Below are positions 39,027 to 48,344 of a DNA stretch of 64,000 nucleotides, piece after piece. The stretch spans positions 58,479-122,478 of the forward strand of contig JAMCSY010000004.1 in NCBI GenBank assembly GCA_023379125.1. The letters run 5' to 3'. Position 1 is the first letter of the stretch. Each line of letters opens with the position of its first letter. The DNA comes from Patescibacteria group bacterium. Its GTDB lineage: Bacteria; Patescibacteriota; Microgenomatia; Daviesbacterales; UBA10151. The position numbers and the translations under genes were made by a program. The notes under the pieces are model-generated. The model saw only the letters and a list, made by a program, of their open reading frames with translations, did not search any database and had not been told where the DNA came from.

Positions 39027-39218
39027 TTATTTATTTTTATTTTTTTCTATAAACCGTTCTATATCCTCAGGCTTATAACGCCTATCACCACGTACACTTA
39101 CCTTGACGGCGGGAAGTTTACCTTCCTTATCCCATCGGCGCAGGGTTTCAGGGTTAACCCCTAATATTTCTGCTGCCTCGCGAATTTTCAGTAACCTCAA
39201 CTTTTTACCGGTAGTCAT
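39027..39218 (-). CDS. Xis/AlpA (MerR-superfamily) excisionase-type HTH protein
   Basis: LLKIREAAEILGVNPETLRRWDKEGKLPAVKV; its stop lies 16 bp before the hsdR start. Confidence 0.65.
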   Translation of the reverse strand: MTTGKKLRLLKIREAAEILGVNPETLRRWDKEGKLPAVKVSVRGDRRYKPEDIERFIEKNKNK

Positions 39219-39338
39219 AATTACAATTAACTACAAATACTTATACATCATTTTATCGCATTAAGCTGGAGTTTTCTATGGGTTTTGAGGAACGACAAAA
39301 CTCCTCCTTTAAGAGGGATTGTCTTTACATAAGTTTGA

Positions 39339-39641
39339 TTATTTCCGGATTTCGTTAAGGACGAAGTCTTGTACCTTTTCCGCCCAGTTTTTTGGGATTT
39401 CTACCTCGGCTAATAATGTCCCTCTACCGTTTAACTTAACAACATTTTTTCCCATTCCGCCTTTATCCAAACTAACCGATTCGATGTCTGCCTTCACTAC
39501 TCGGAATGATTTACCGTAAATACTTTGGTAAGAAATATAGTTATCATTGGCTTTAAAAGTGTAGCCACCCATCCCAAAAGACAATTTTCGTTCGTTTTTA
39601 TTGTTATTTCCAAAACCAAATAAGCCCATTATTTTTTTCAC
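39339..39641 (-). CDS. Hypothetical small protein
   Basis: 100-aa ORF. Confidence 0.4.
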   Translation of the reverse strand: MKKIMGLFGFGNNNKNERKLSFGMGGYTFKANDNYISYQSIYGKSFRVVKADIESVSLDKGGMGKNVVKLNGRGTLLAEVEIPKNWAEKVQDFVLNEIRK

Positions 39642-39745
39642 CTCCCTTCGTCAAACATTAACTACGTCTTTTTATAAGGAGGCGGGCAACAAAAAGCTCC
39701 CCGCCAGCGATGGCTTTCGCCACCCACGCAGGTTTCCCCACGCGA

Positions 39746-39794
39746 CCGTGCAAGGTGCTCTGACGAGGAGCTTCCTACCTTGCACGGTATTTTT
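39746..39794 (+). terminator. Long GC-rich hairpin plus U-tract inside a locally GC-rich 150-bp non-coding patch
   Basis: CCGTGCAAGGT...ACCTTGCACGG is an 11-bp stem enclosing the GCTC-tgacgag-GAGC hairpin, followed by TATTTTT. Confidence 0.45.
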
Positions 39795-39912
39795 AGCCAT
39801 GCCTCTTGCGAGGTTTAGGCGTAAGTAAATTTGGAAACTTACCTCACGTTAATTATACATAATTCTACAGGCTCCGGTATAATCGGATAAGGTAATAAGG
39901 ATAAAAATAAGA

Positions 39913-40629
39913 ATGAAAAATACACGGATAATTCTGAATAAATATCACTATATTCTTAGGGCAATTAGTTTGTCTGATAAATACAAAAGAGCACTAAACG
40001 AAATTACCGCTGATGCTAAATCAATAGGATGCCCACTTCCGGTTAAGGGCTTTATTAAAGCGAGTGATTATACAAACTGGCAGGAGCAAATAGAAAAGCA
40101 CGGGCGAACAGCTCATGATTACGCTCAAAACGTATTGAAATTATTTAACCTGAAAACTAACGATGAGCTATTAACAGGCCGGTTATGCATGATGATGTTC
40201 TTAAATGTTAAAGCTCCTCCGACCATTGGAACAATTGGTTATTCTGCTGACTTAGACAACGAAAAAAACGAGGTCAACATTAAGTTAACTTTTTATCCTT
40301 GGACAACTAAAGAAGACTTTGACGGATTGGAAATTTGGAAAGACGTTGAATCATTTAGGAAAATGTTGCTCACCCCACGGCATGTAACAAAAAATAAGGA
40401 ATGGAAAACTTTTGAACGCGATTTAAAAGTTTATCACCGATATCAGCAACTTCAGAAACAATATCCAAAAGAAAAATCAGTCGTTCATATACTCCTAAAT
40501 GACAAAAAATTTGAAAAGTTTTACGAAAGCGATGATCAAGCAAATGATTTAGCAATAGTATCGGAACAAATATATAAAATAATAAAACGTTGCAGAACAA
40601 CATTAGGAAATAACTTTTCTACCGTTTAA
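39913..40629 (+). CDS. Hypothetical protein
   Basis: 238-aa ORF. Confidence 0.45.
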   Translation: MKNTRIILNKYHYILRAISLSDKYKRALNEITADAKSIGCPLPVKGFIKASDYTNWQEQIEKHGRTAHDYAQNVLKLFNLKTNDELLTGRLCMMMFLNVKAPPTIGTIGYSADLDNEKNEVNIKLTFYPWTTKEDFDGLEIWKDVESFRKMLLTPRHVTKNKEWKTFERDLKVYHRYQQLQKQYPKEKSVVHILLNDKKFEKFYESDDQANDLAIVSEQIYKIIKRCRTTLGNNFSTV

Positions 40630-40822
40630 TCACCCCTCATTAGACTTCCGTGAGTTTTGGTCATCCGTACATCAGAATTAAGGTGTTATGGATACCGATA
40701 AGGATAAAGAAATTCAAGTAGCTATTCAAAAAGCGGCTGAACAATGGGTAAACCTCATGATGATGTTTTTACGAAGTAAACGCACCAAAAGAGGTTCAGC
40801 GAATAAAAAATAAATAATTAAT

Positions 40823-41068
40823 ATGGATAAAAATACATTTTCTACCGACTCTTACCTCCTTGCTTGTTACCTCCTTAGTGAATCCTGCCAACTTGTTTCC
40901 ATTGATCGTACTAATCCACGAAGAATGGTTTTTATTTTCCAAGAGTCTAAACGCCGAAAAGAACTTACTGATAATTTTTTAGCATATCAAGCAAGTATCG
41001 AGCCTCACCGGTTTCATAGTGCTCAAAGGGATTTAAAAGCGATGATTTATCAACGAACGACTGGGTAG
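40823..41068 (+). CDS. Small phage/mobile-element-type protein; paralog of the 27123 ORF
   Basis: Shares the motif order of 27123-27365 (see that entry). Confidence 0.5.
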   Translation: MDKNTFSTDSYLLACYLLSESCQLVSIDRTNPRRMVFIFQESKRRKELTDNFLAYQASIEPHRFHSAQRDLKAMIYQRTTG

Positions 41069-41106
41069 TTAATATACCCACGAAAAATAAGAATAAGCAT
41101 AAAAGT

Positions 41107-41514
41107 ATGGGCAAATTATTAGAGCTAGTAACAATAAAAATAAATTTCAAAATGCAGGGCAATTTTTTAGCTACCGTCACTTTAAATTGGCAAGACGAAT
41201 TCGAAGTTCGTTATTGTCGAATATACCGGTCAGGAGCAGGAAAAATATTCTTACAACCGCCGGCTTTAGGAAATGCAAATTGGGTAAAGTGTTTCGGAGT
41301 ACTTAATTATGATGACTGGAAATGGCTAGAAAAAAAGGTAATTGATCAGTTTAAAGAAGAATTAAAAGAAAAAATCGGCGAAGGAACATTTTCGCCCGCC
41401 GTTTTAAAAAGGATTGAGGAATCGGAGGAGGAAATCGTTAATCCTAATGACATACCGGACAATTTAGGAGAAACCGATATTAACTCTATTCCTACTTATA
41501 AGAACAAACAGTAA
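41107..41514 (+). CDS. Hypothetical protein
   Basis: 135-aa ORF with an acidic C-terminus. Confidence 0.4.
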   Translation: MGKLLELVTIKINFKMQGNFLATVTLNWQDEFEVRYCRIYRSGAGKIFLQPPALGNANWVKCFGVLNYDDWKWLEKKVIDQFKEELKEKIGEGTFSPAVLKRIEESEEEIVNPNDIPDNLGETDINSIPTYKNKQ

Positions 41515-41570
41515 CTATATAGTAACTAAGTAACTATATGTATATATGAGTAAAAAGGGAGTTTACATTA
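41510..41570. repeat. Iteron-like short direct repeats (AGTAACTA three times, plus AGTAAAAAG twice)
   Basis: cagtaactatatagtaactaagtaactatatg...gagtaaaaagg...agtaaaaagag. Confidence 0.4.
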
Positions 41571-41621
41571 GTAAAAAGAGTATATAGAATTAAGTAATAG
41601 TATGTATAAGTAATTAAGGCT

Positions 41622-41828
41622 ATGAATAAAATGAATTATAGAGAAATATTAGGAGAAGCAAGAGCAGTACACTTTGCTATGCATAGAGGCGCTATTACTT
41701 ATGAAAAAGCGGTCGAGTTAACGAAACCTTTACTGGGAATTCTTAATGTTAAGGCTACGGAAATAGCCAAGCGGTATAAAATTCGGCCGCGATTATTAAA
41801 ATTTCAGGATTTAGGAAGAACTATATGA
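41622..41828 (+). CDS. Hypothetical small protein
   Basis: 68-aa ORF. Confidence 0.35.
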   Translation: MNKMNYREILGEARAVHFAMHRGAITYEKAVELTKPLLGILNVKATEIAKRYKIRPRLLKFQDLGRTI

Positions 41829-41876
41829 TACATAAAGCGCGTCAGGTGTCGCACTCATTATCAGTTAATTAAAAAT

Positions 41877-43401
41877 ATGAAAAATTGTTTTATTTACCTA
41901 CGAGTTTCAACCGAAGAACAAGCTAAGGAAGGCTTTTCAATCGAAAACCAGAAAAGAGCCTGTATTGAATTTGCAAAATCAAAAGGATATCACGTTAAGC
42001 GTGTTTTTATTGATGACGGAAAGAGCGCTCGAACTACCGACAGAGCCGCTTTACAAGAAATGCTTAAGTTAGCTAAGGGACAGGAGGTTCAAAATGGATA
42101 ACCAATTACTAATAGACGCAATAATCATTTATAAAATCGACCGATTTGCTCGAAATGTTGGCGATTTTTCCGACATGTATAAAGAACTTAAAAATAAGGG
42201 AATTAAGTTAATATCCGTTAATGAGGGTGATTTGATGGAGGGAACAAGCCTTATACCCAACATTTTCGCTAGTGTGGCTCAATGGGAAAGTGAAGTTAAC
42301 AGCATGAGAACGCGAGACGCGTTAACACAAAAGTTCCGAGAGGGTTGGCAACCTACTCCTCCTCCTATCGGTTATCGAAGTGTTGGAGCTGATCGCGAAC
42401 GCAAGACTTGCGAACCGGATCCTTATACTGCCCCAATCATACGAGAGCTTTTTGAAATATATTCAACTGGAAACTATTCGATTTACGATTTACAAAATTG
42501 GCTAGCCGAGCGAAACATATCCTCTAAAAGCGGTACAAACTTAGGACATAGCGTTATCGATACGATTCTAACCAATCCTTTTTATTACGGATGGATCAGG
42601 TGGCATGGTGAAGGGAAAATGGGTAAGCAAGCGCCGCTTATAAGCAAGGACTTATTCGATACGTGCCAATATGTTTTAGCTAAACATCGTAATTTTTTAA
42701 TGCGAAAACGGCTCCACCAATTTTTACTTAGAGGCTTTGCTTATTGTAGTGAGTGTGGACAGAGGTATACCGCTGAATGGCATTTTAAACCCAGGTTTAC
42801 TAGAAGAAACGGCAAAATAGCTTATTACCATTGTCCCAAAATGAACCGTAACGGATGTCCCGCTCCTTATGTTGAAGTATCGGAACTTGAGGAACTTGTT
42901 AGAAATACCGTTAAATCAATTCAATTTAGCCAAGAATTTGTTGATGCGGTAGTAGCAAAAGCTAAGGAGTTTGTAGACGATAGCCGTAAACGGGCAACTT
43001 CTGAAACTCAAGGCTGTATTAATCAGCGAATAGCTCTTGAAAACCGGCGTAATAAGCTAGAAGACGCTTTATTAGACGGAACTATTGATCGGGTGGTATT
43101 TAAGAGAAAACACGATGAAATACAGGAACAGCTGGGTTTTATTGATAGCCGAATTAGGGAAATAGAAACAAACTCACGGGTGGATATAAAACTAATTGAG
43201 GACGTTCTTAACTTTACAAGGGATATTGGCAGGACCTATGACGAAGCGGAAGAATTTCTACAACGACACTTCTTAAGGTTTTTCTTTGAAAAAATTATTG
43301 TAAAAGAGAGGAAAATTGAGAGGGTTATTTATACGCCGGTTATAGCTACTTTAGTAGAAAACCGTCAGGTTATAATAAAAAACCTTATGCTCCTCCGGTA
43401 G
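41877..43401 (+). pseudogene. Large serine recombinase interrupted by a +1 frameshift near 42094-42101
   Basis: The 74-aa ORF (YLRVSTEEQ catalytic Ser) continues in the 435-aa ORF (KIDRFARN ..., recombinase domain, zinc ribbon CSECGQ...CPKMNRNGC) in the +1 frame. Confidence 0.65.
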
Positions 43402-43461
43402 GATTCGAACCTACAACCTTGTCGTTAACAGCGACCTGCTCTACCGTTGAGCTACAGAGGA
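43390..43461 (-). tRNA. tRNA-Asn (anticodon GUU)
   Basis: Reverse complement reads TCCTCTG-TA-GCTC-AACGGTA-GAGC-A-GGTCG-CTGTTAA-CGACA-AGGTT-GTAGG-TTCGAAT-CCTAC-CGGAGGA-G. The UCCUCUG start resembles canonical bacterial tRNA-Asn. It overlaps the recombinase stop by 12 nt. Confidence 0.8.
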
Positions 43462-43672
43462 ATATCCTTGCTACGTTTGGAATTTTATCATCTTACTTAT
43501 TTGAAATCTAGCCTATCTGTTAGACTTTTGCCTTGACTTGAGGGGCTGAAAAAAGGTATAATAACACGTTTGTGCTAGAACTTTCCTAGTTTTCTTCATA
43601 GGAAAAGCGCTCTGTCTTCCTAGAGCAAGGTAAATTTTACCAATAAGCACACTTGGTCTTAAAGATTTAGCT

Positions 43673-44539
43673 TTGAGAAAGAAAAAGGAAGGAAATGCTT
43701 CGTTAGTTGGCTTTTTAGCCTTAGTGTTTCCTTATTTTGTAATTGAGTCAAGGAGTGTTTTTTATATGGAAAGAACAGAATTAAATCGCCGCAATTTTAT
43801 TATTAAAACAAGCCTCGCCGTAACTGGGGCTGCTATTACTGGGCCTTTAGCTGCCCATGCCGAAAGCTTGCATTCCCCTCTTCCAGATGCAGCGCCACCT
43901 CCAGAGCCTTTACCAAATCTAGCAGAGTATTTAAAAGAAATTGAACCAATTAGACTCTCTTATCAATCAACCATAGCCAATGATGAGCTTTTTAGTGTGA
44001 TTAAAAATTTACCCACTCAGAAAAGGATTGACCTGTTTAATCAATATTTTCCCATGTATGAGGCAGCCCACCGTGCGTACAATGTCCCAGTTATCCGTTT
44101 ATTTGTTATCCATTTACGGGAAACTGCTGCTTCTACTCATCCCCGACCTGATAATTTATCAGCCAGAGGAGGTATGCAAAGAAATCCTGAGTTCTATCCG
44201 GACGAGAAGGCAGTTAAAGCAGCCGAAGGCTGGCATCGTCTGAGCCAGTTAAAGCAAAATTACGACCATAACGGCCGTTCCGAAACTCGGGATTATCAGG
44301 AAATCATGTTTGCTGCTTGGAAATTGAGAAAAGATGCTAATAACGCAATCATCAAGCAATCCTACCTAACTGACACCCAAGCTTTAGACGAAGCTCAAAC
44401 CACTTATTGTGATGCAACAGAAGCCAGATTTCGTAATAATCATATTGGGCAAATTCAAGATTATTATGATCAGCACAAAAATGATCTTAATTATGATTAC
44501 CACCAAGCGAAAATTCAACAAATCTTGGAGATGAAGTAG
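43673..44539 (+). CDS. Secreted protein with a twin-arginine-like signal (likely start at the Met near 43766)
   Basis: MERTELNRRNFIIKTSLAVTGAAITGPLAAHA resembles a Tat signal peptide. Confidence 0.45.
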   Translation: MRKKKEGNASLVGFLALVFPYFVIESRSVFYMERTELNRRNFIIKTSLAVTGAAITGPLAAHAESLHSPLPDAAPPPEPLPNLAEYLKEIEPIRLSYQSTIANDELFSVIKNLPTQKRIDLFNQYFPMYEAAHRAYNVPVIRLFVIHLRETAASTHPRPDNLSARGGMQRNPEFYPDEKAVKAAEGWHRLSQLKQNYDHNGRSETRDYQEIMFAAWKLRKDANNAIIKQSYLTDTQALDEAQTTYCDATEARFRNNHIGQIQDYYDQHKNDLNYDYHQAKIQQILEMK

Positions 44540-44540
44540 G

Positions 44541-45632
44541 CTATTCTAGATAATCACGGAGTTTTTTTGCTCTGGTAGGATGCCTTAATTTTCTGATCGC
44601 TTTGGCCTCAATCTGTCTAATTCTTTCCCTGGTAACCCCAAACTCTTTTCCAACTTCTTCTAAGGTCCTTTGCTTACCATCTTCTAGACCAAACCTTAAT
44701 TGTAAAACCCTTTTTTCTCTGGGAGAGAGTGAATCTAAAACCTCCTCAAGGTGACTTCTTAAAAGTGCTCTCGTGGCTTGCTCATCTGGTTTTAAGCCCG
44801 GTGCTTCAATAAAATCACCTAGCTCTGAATCTTCCTCATCCCCTACCTTGGTAGCCAAAGATGCTGGTTCTTGAGAAACTTTAATGATTTCTCTGGCTTT
44901 GGCAGCATCTATTCCCAACTCTTTGGCTACTTCTTCTGGAGTTGGTTCTCTACCCAAATCCTGCATCAGCTTTCTTTGGGCTCGATTAAAGCGATTAATT
45001 GTTTCCACCATATGGACTGGAATTCTGATAGTGCGAGCCTGATCTGCTAAAGCTCTGGTGATTGCCTGCCTAATCCACCAAGTAGCATAAGTGGAGAATT
45101 TAAAACCTCTTTTCCAATCATATTTATCCACTGCCCTCATTAGTCCCATATTGCCCTCCTCAATTAAATCCAAAAGACTCATTCCCCGACCAACATATTT
45201 TTTAGCAATGGAAACCACCAATCTTAAATTAGCAGAGATTAGTTTATCTTTAGCCCTTTGATCACCTTTTTCCACTCTTTGGGCCAGATCAATTTCTTCA
45301 GCAGCAGAAAGCAGTTGAACTCTGCCAATCTCTCTTAAATATTGCCTAACTGGATCAGTGACCGAACCTTCTTCCAAAGAAGCTAGCATTTCTAACTCTT
45401 TTTCTAAATCAGTGGAAGCCTTTTCACTTTCGGCTAACTCTTCAGCAGTGGTTTCAAAAACATCAATATTGCCATCAATTAACTTCAGATAAAAGTCATC
45501 TAACGCCTCCAGAGCATCTTCTGGCTGAGGAAAAACCTGCAAAATCTCATCTTGAGTCACAAAACCACGCTCGTGACCAAGCTTCAGTAGTTTTTTATCA
45601 TCAAGTTGTTGTGCTTTCCCGTTTTTAGCCAT
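44541..45632 (-). CDS. rpoD: Primary sigma-70 factor
   Basis: Region 2 ([37 protein letters not shown]), region 3 and region 4 ([16 protein letters not shown]). Confidence 0.9.
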   Translation of the reverse strand: MAKNGKAQQLDDKKLLKLGHERGFVTQDEILQVFPQPEDALEALDDFYLKLIDGNIDVFETTAEELAESEKASTDLEKELEMLASLEEGSVTDPVRQYLREIGRVQLLSAAEEIDLAQRVEKGDQRAKDKLISANLRLVVSIAKKYVGRGMSLLDLIEEGNMGLMRAVDKYDWKRGFKFSTYATWWIRQAITRALADQARTIRIPVHMVETINRFNRAQRKLMQDLGREPTPEEVAKELGIDAAKAREIIKVSQEPASLATKVGDEEDSELGDFIEAPGLKPDEQATRALLRSHLEEVLDSLSPREKRVLQLRFGLEDGKQRTLEEVGKEFGVTRERIRQIEAKAIRKLRHPTRAKKLRDYLE

Positions 45633-45736
45633 TTATGTGAAGACAAATTTGGACATATCCTTTACCAACCTCAATAGACTTACTGTCAAATTGTCCTTAA
45701 CAATCTCCTTTTGTTTTATTAGTTAACGACTATGAC

Positions 45737-47515
45737 TTAAAGATTTTTCAATTTAACTGATAAATCCCTAAATCTTCTGTTTAATGTTTCCAATTGTTCT
45801 ATTCTACCAAAAAGCTGAGCATTTTTAATTTCCCGAGACAGCTTCTCCAGCGAAGCCTTCACGAGGGCCTTTTTTAAAGCAGCCACTACAATTTCTATCT
45901 CTTTTTTCCAATTATCAGCAGACTCTAACTTTTCATCAATCTCCACCAAATACAATCTATCAGCAACTGGGACCAACTCTTTTGGTAAACCTTTGACAAA
46001 TTCACTGATATTAAAAGCTTTCGCTTTAAAAGAAATCGCGTCTAAATATAACACCAACAGGACATAAATGGAACGGTTTACTTCTGACAAAAAGAGTGTT
46101 TCCGGAAACTGCGGCACATAAGTTAAGTTGGATGGAATCTTTAGCAGTAGGGCCAGTAGGTATTCTTCCAACAAATCACGACGATTAGGTAAACCTAAAG
46201 TTTGTTCAGCCGTAGTCTTTAGTAGACTACTATCAAAGCTAGGTGAGGCAACTTTTAGACTTGACTTCCTAATTTCCCGTCGCAACAGATCTTCTGGCAT
46301 ATTGAGTAGTGCGGCCAGTTTTTGAGTGTAGTACTCACGAGTCATCGTCTCATTAATTTTACCCCAGATGGGCAAGAGTTCAGCGGCAATTTTTTTCTTA
46401 CCTTCGGCATTACTGGGATTAAACCGTAGACTGATTGAGTTTAAATAATAATCATAGACAGGCTCTGCTTTGGCTACAGCTTGGATAAAATCTTGCGGAT
46501 TGCCCACCACCATATCGGCTGGATCTTTGCCACCTTTTATCTCAATTACTTTGGTATTCAAACCTGCCCCATCAAGCAACTCAATACTTCTTCTAGCTGC
46601 TGAGTCTCCTGCCACATCTTTATCAAAAGACAAACAGACATCTTCTGCATATTTAGCAATTAATTTTATCTGTTCATCAGTTAAAGCAGTACCTTGAACT
46701 GCCACTGTATTTTCTACACCAGCTTGATAAGGCATAATCATATCTAGCAAACCTTCCACTAAAATAACTTGTTTTTTGCTTCTAATTGTCGCTTTGGCAA
46801 AGTTTAATCCAAATAAAAAGTGACTCTTATCAAAAATTGGTGTGACAGGAGTATTTAAATATTTCGGCTCACCTTGAGCTAAAATCCTGCCTGAGAAGCC
46901 CACGACCTCATCCTTAAGATTAATTAAAGGAAAGATTACTCGACCACGAAAGCGATCGTAAACAGAGTTACGCGACGGCACAACCAAACCAGCTTCGACC
47001 ATTTCTGCATTTTTAAAACCTCTTTTTTTCAAAAAATTAGTCAGACTATCCCAGGAATTAGGAGCATAGCCTAATTTGAATTTTTTGATAGTTTCATCCG
47101 TCACCCCTCTTTGGTGCAGATAAGACAGTGCTTTTTGGCCCAACTTATGCTCAGTCAGAATATAATGATAAAATTGAGCAGCTTTTTGGTTAGCTGCTAT
47201 TAATCTCTCTTTTTGGTCAGTTTGAGCATGAGCCTGACGCTTAAGAGTTACCCCTGCTTTTTTGGCTAAAGTTTCTAAGGCTTCAGAAAAATCTACTCCT
47301 TCTTTCTCCATCAAAAAACGAAAGATATCTCCACCTTTTTGACAGCCAAAACAATGCCAAATACCACGTTCCGGTGAAACTACAAACGAAGGGGTTTTTT
47401 CTTGGTGAAAGGGACAATTAGCTTTAAAATTGACACCAGTTTTTTTCAGGGGCAAATACTCTGCAATCAAATCAACAACATTAATCCGTTCCTTAATTAA
47501 TTCAAGATCATCCAT
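45737..47515 (-). CDS. dnaG: DNA primase
   Basis: Zinc finger CPFHQEKTPSF...HCFGC and TOPRIM (ILVEGLLD, DKDVAGD). Confidence 0.9.
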   Translation of the reverse strand: MDDLELIKERINVVDLIAEYLPLKKTGVNFKANCPFHQEKTPSFVVSPERGIWHCFGCQKGGDIFRFLMEKEGVDFSEALETLAKKAGVTLKRQAHAQTDQKERLIAANQKAAQFYHYILTEHKLGQKALSYLHQRGVTDETIKKFKLGYAPNSWDSLTNFLKKRGFKNAEMVEAGLVVPSRNSVYDRFRGRVIFPLINLKDEVVGFSGRILAQGEPKYLNTPVTPIFDKSHFLFGLNFAKATIRSKKQVILVEGLLDMIMPYQAGVENTVAVQGTALTDEQIKLIAKYAEDVCLSFDKDVAGDSAARRSIELLDGAGLNTKVIEIKGGKDPADMVVGNPQDFIQAVAKAEPVYDYYLNSISLRFNPSNAEGKKKIAAELLPIWGKINETMTREYYTQKLAALLNMPEDLLRREIRKSSLKVASPSFDSSLLKTTAEQTLGLPNRRDLLEEYLLALLLKIPSNLTYVPQFPETLFLSEVNRSIYVLLVLYLDAISFKAKAFNISEFVKGLPKELVPVADRLYLVEIDEKLESADNWKKEIEIVVAALKKALVKASLEKLSREIKNAQLFGRIEQLETLNRRFRDLSVKLKNL

Positions 47516-47621
47516 AGGTTAAAACAATTACCCAATCGCCCGAAATTAGATCGCGGCCACAAGGAATTGTTGGGCGCATTTTACACCAAACCATACCCGA
47601 AATCAATAGTATTTATATTGA

Positions 47622-48080
47622 TTGAAAAATCATTCGGGTATTGTTAGTATATCAAATAACATGCATTTAACTAATCGAGAATTAGCAATTTTAGGAGCAT
47701 GTTTATATTCTTGTGAAGGAACTAAAGCTAGGTTAGTAAAAGGTAGAAAACAAAAACATTTCGCCGTTGAATTTACTAACAAAGACCCACAGCTCATTAA
47801 GGCATTCTTATTATTTCTAAGAAACAGTATCAAGGCTGAAGAGGATCGTATTAAGGCTCAGTTATTCATTTATTCAGACTTAAGCGAGTCAGATCTTATT
47901 AGTTACTGGTCACACCTTTGCAACATTCCAATTTGTAGGTTTAATAAATCAATCGTACTAATACAGAGGAACCATAAATACAAACCTAACCCTTTAGGAA
48001 CAATGAAAATTAGATATACCCACAAACAACATTATCTAGAAATTCAAGGTATAATAGATGAACTTTTCAAACAGTTCTAG
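47622..48080 (+). CDS. Hypothetical protein, possibly a degenerate LAGLIDADG-like homing endonuclease
   Basis: 152 aa; ELAILGACLYSCEGTK weakly resembles a LAGLIDADG core. Confidence 0.3.
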   Translation: MKNHSGIVSISNNMHLTNRELAILGACLYSCEGTKARLVKGRKQKHFAVEFTNKDPQLIKAFLLFLRNSIKAEEDRIKAQLFIYSDLSESDLISYWSHLCNIPICRFNKSIVLIQRNHKYKPNPLGTMKIRYTHKQHYLEIQGIIDELFKQF

Positions 48081-48166
48081 GAGAGGTGTCTGAGTGGTCT
48101 ATAGAGCAGACCTGGAAAGTCTGTATATCCGTAAGGGTATCGAGGGTTCGAATCCCTCCCTCTCCG
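48080..48166 (+). tRNA. tRNA-Ser (anticodon GGA)
   Basis: GGAGAGG-TG-TCTGAGTGGTCTATAGAGC-AGAC-CTGGAAA-GTCT... with a long variable arm, GAGGG-TTCGAAT-CCCTC, CCTCTCC-G. Confidence 0.8.
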
Positions 48167-48278
48167 CAGGTTTCAGGTTCCCCGATTTATCAGGGGTTCT
48201 GAAAGCTACGAGAGGTTGAGGTGTTTAGAATGCTTTAGCGGTTCGGCAATCCTGCGCAAATCCGCAGGATTGAGATTC

Positions 48279-48296
48279 ATCCCTCCCTCTCCGCAG
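48279..48296. repeat. 18-bp direct repeat of the tRNA-Ser 3' end (att-like scar)
   Basis: atccctccctctccgcag is identical to tRNA positions 48152-48169 and lies 110 bp downstream. Confidence 0.55.
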
Positions 48297-48344
48297 ATTT
48301 TGCCAGGATTATTTATCTTCCCCATTCCCTGGTAGAATTAATTA

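Noticed and set aside
39601-39828. 75-aa ORF covering the GC-rich patch
   Set aside because: It has no RBS, an Arg/Pro-rich composition driven by the GC content, and overlaps a strong hairpin. It is more likely non-coding.
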